From Paraspadella gotoi (taxonomy: Eukaryota > Animalia > Chaetognatha), in the NCBI GenBank assembly GCA_051294375.1, contig CM119263.1:392019-456018 (forward strand): a DNA stretch of 64,000 bases, in the 5' to 3' direction. Positions 61,441 through 64,000 of this stretch are shown in pieces. Numbering within the stretch: position 1 is the first letter of the stretch; each line of letters starts with the position of its first letter. Made by a program: the position numbers and the translations under genes. Below the pieces are notes generated by a model that did no database searches, was not told the origin of the DNA, and worked only from the letters and a program-made list of their open reading frames with translations.

Positions 61441-64000
61441 AGGTAATTGAAATAATTTGTATTAAAAATGTTAATGTATTAATAAATTTAATTTTAATGT
61501 GTGTAATAAATAAACTTTCATCCTTAAAGAATTGCACTAACTTAACGAAACAGACAACACAAATGTCATTCTGAAATTATTTGTTTCTCTTTACTTTAAT
61601 TAAAAATATTTGTTAGTCAATTTAGCGTGTATAATGAATACGTATACTTTCAATAGTATATAGTTTCATGGTTCAAAATTATACTCCTTGGTCTTTGCCG
61701 TTCAGTCTTCAGACTAAATCATTTGTTTTTTCTTTAAAAAACATTTGCGTCTCTAGGAGTCTTTATGGTTAATTAAAAAAAAATTTTCCAAATCGAAACA
61801 AAAGATCAACATAATATGACGACGATAACAACATGAACAGAAAATTGCCAGAAAATTGAATAAGCTAAAATTTTAATGCAATCTGAATTAGAAATAAATA
61901 AATAAATTTTATAATGGAACCAACTATGAGGTGTGAGGAAACGCCGTTCAAAATTTTCCCTCCAACTATTTTTTGGGAAAAAAATGGCAACAACTGTCAG
62001 ATCGTTTGTTTAATGATATTAATTCCCCTTGTGGAATAAATAATTAGATATGTATATTTCTGCGTTTCTTGCCATATACGTATGAGTATGACCTTTCTCT
62101 TATTTTCCTCTTTTTCGTTCAGCCTAAATAATTGTCAGTTAGTTACACTAAGTAAACCGATAACGATTGGGCAACAACTCCCAATAGATGAAAAACCTAA
62201 AAGGTAAATACATCAACTTTTATGAAACTATGCAACAGTTACAATTTAAGTTACATGTAAATAAATTGTTATAATTTTAGGAATGATGATTGGACGATCT
62301 CTTTCAAGTTCCTGTCCTCCGCTTCAAAAGGAATCGATACAAAATGAAAGGAGGTTGACGATAATGATATTATTGTTCAGAATATATTCTACACAGCATT
62401 CGGCTTTAGCAAAAGTGGTCCGTGGACATTCAAGCTTGCCCCGACAGTTCCGACCCGTCTGATTAGGAAACGCTTTTCGGGCGGTAATACAAAATCGCCA
62501 CACAGACGACAGAAGATTTTGGATCTAACAATTTTTGTGACGAATGTCGGAATGTCTCACTTCAGAAAAAGCTTGATTCGTCGACATTTCTACAAGAACG
62601 CATGACAGGTATTTAGCGGGAATCTGGGACGGTTTAACAATAATAAATGTCCATCTTTCATACTAAAATTTCGTTTTAAAATACTTTTGATAACTTTTCG
62701 CCTTTGATGCCTGGGCGTAAGGGACTTGGACCCCTCAGTTGCCGAGTAATTCATTTGATTCAAAGCTCGTAATTTGAGGACGCTGAACGCAAGTAATCAA
62801 TAGGGAAGATAGATTATTTGCGAATCGTTGGCAAGTTGTCAACGAATCGTCGTTGAGTGTAGCCTAATAATGACGTCTCAGATCAAATTCCATTTTTTCC
62901 GTTGTTTTCACATTTTCAATCGAAACTGATAATCCGAGATTAAGCTTATTATTAAAGGACGGACAGATCTTGCAGTTTATATCGTTTTCCCTTATGCGGG
63001 TTGTGGAGGGGGAGGTCTTGTCTTTTGATGGAAAACGAAAAGGAATTGTGTTGCTGTGTCACTAAGCGAAATTGTTTCCAAGTCGATTGGGTGTGCAAAG
63101 GTTTAAACAAAAACTTTTTGTCCTCATTCAGTTTTTCTATACTACGTCTAGGCTATATAGTTAAATTCAGGATTTTGGACGAACTAAGGTAACAATATAT
63201 GATTATCGTTTTAATCGATATGTCACTCTCATCATATCAATGAATTGCGATATATCACCAGTTCACTATCAGGGAATTCACAAAATATTATCAGCGCACT
63301 TATCAAATATTTTGTCCCCAAAAAATTATCATCGAAAAAATGTTATCAATAAGAAACAAAATTGGACTTAGCTCTTTAAGTATTTAATCGATAAAATCTA
63401 ATCAGGTTTTAAGGTTTTTGTTNNNNNNNNNNNNNNNNNNNNNNNNNNNNNNNNNNNNNNNNNNNNNNNNNNNNNNNNNNNNNNNNNNNNNNNNNNNNNN
63501 NNNNNNNNNNNNNNNNNNNNNNTTAATCGATAAAATCTAATCAGGTTTTAAGGTTTTTGTTTCCTTTGCACACCCTTTCACCCGCTGACTCAAAATATTC
63601 ACTAAGATCGGGACATCGTTAAACTTGTGTTTTTTTTTGTAATGTCATCTTCGATACCCGATTAATTTCAATTCCACTTTCCGCTTATTTATTTTCAATA
63701 AAAAAATTTAAGCGAAAACTCTTTCACGTCACAAAATGTCCGAAGAAAAAAACGGCACAAATCTATATTTTTTCGGTTTTTGTGGAGATTCTCCCTTTTG
63801 GGATCCACGAATTTCATGGCACACGGCAACGCCCTCTCTAAGCCTCTGTTTCGTTGACGTGATTTCCGCTTGGGCGCCTTCATTGTTTCTTATTTGTTCC
63901 CTCGTTATTCGTCCTCGCCTATTGACTTTGAAAAAAACTCGCGCTGATCATCCGTCTTCCCGGAGATCGACGGCGGTTTATGTCGCCCAGCAATTTTTTA

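Noticed and set aside
63383-63562. 40-bp direct repeat flanking the N gap
   Set aside because: Typical unmerged contig overlap.
62281-63883. Possible exons or short ORFs at the right end
   Set aside because: No coherent spliced frame or recognisable domain could be built.

Overview
AT-rich, microsatellite-rich eukaryotic genomic DNA, most likely an invertebrate metazoan draft assembly with N-gaps and some noisy gap-fill sequence. Most ORF-track entries are low-complexity artefacts; the real genes are multi-exon and were reconstructed by hand from splice sites, exon phases and recalled protein families. The left ~26 kb is repeat-dominated: satellites, a ~3.7-4.1 kb direct duplication flanking a degraded BEL/Pao gag, a Helentron-like non-autonomous element, tRNA-derived SINEs and MITEs with telomere-like interiors. 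The right ~38 kb holds seven genes: tektin-2 (-), a four-finger ZNF385/JAZ-like matrin zinc-finger gene (+), an MCT10/MCT8-like SLC16 transporter with a ~385-aa N-terminal extension (+), an ankyrin-repeat/SOCS-box gene nested antisense in one SLC16 intron (-), a divergent SGT1/SUGT1-like gene (-), a LicD-family nucleotidyltransferase (+) and an MKK3/6-like MAP2K (+). The most striking pattern is that five clear tandem arrays in four genes, plus a weaker sixth in a fifth gene, have repeat units that span an exon-intron junction, so a splice donor or acceptor is reiterated 4 to many tens of times. Two GC-AG introns are also predicted.
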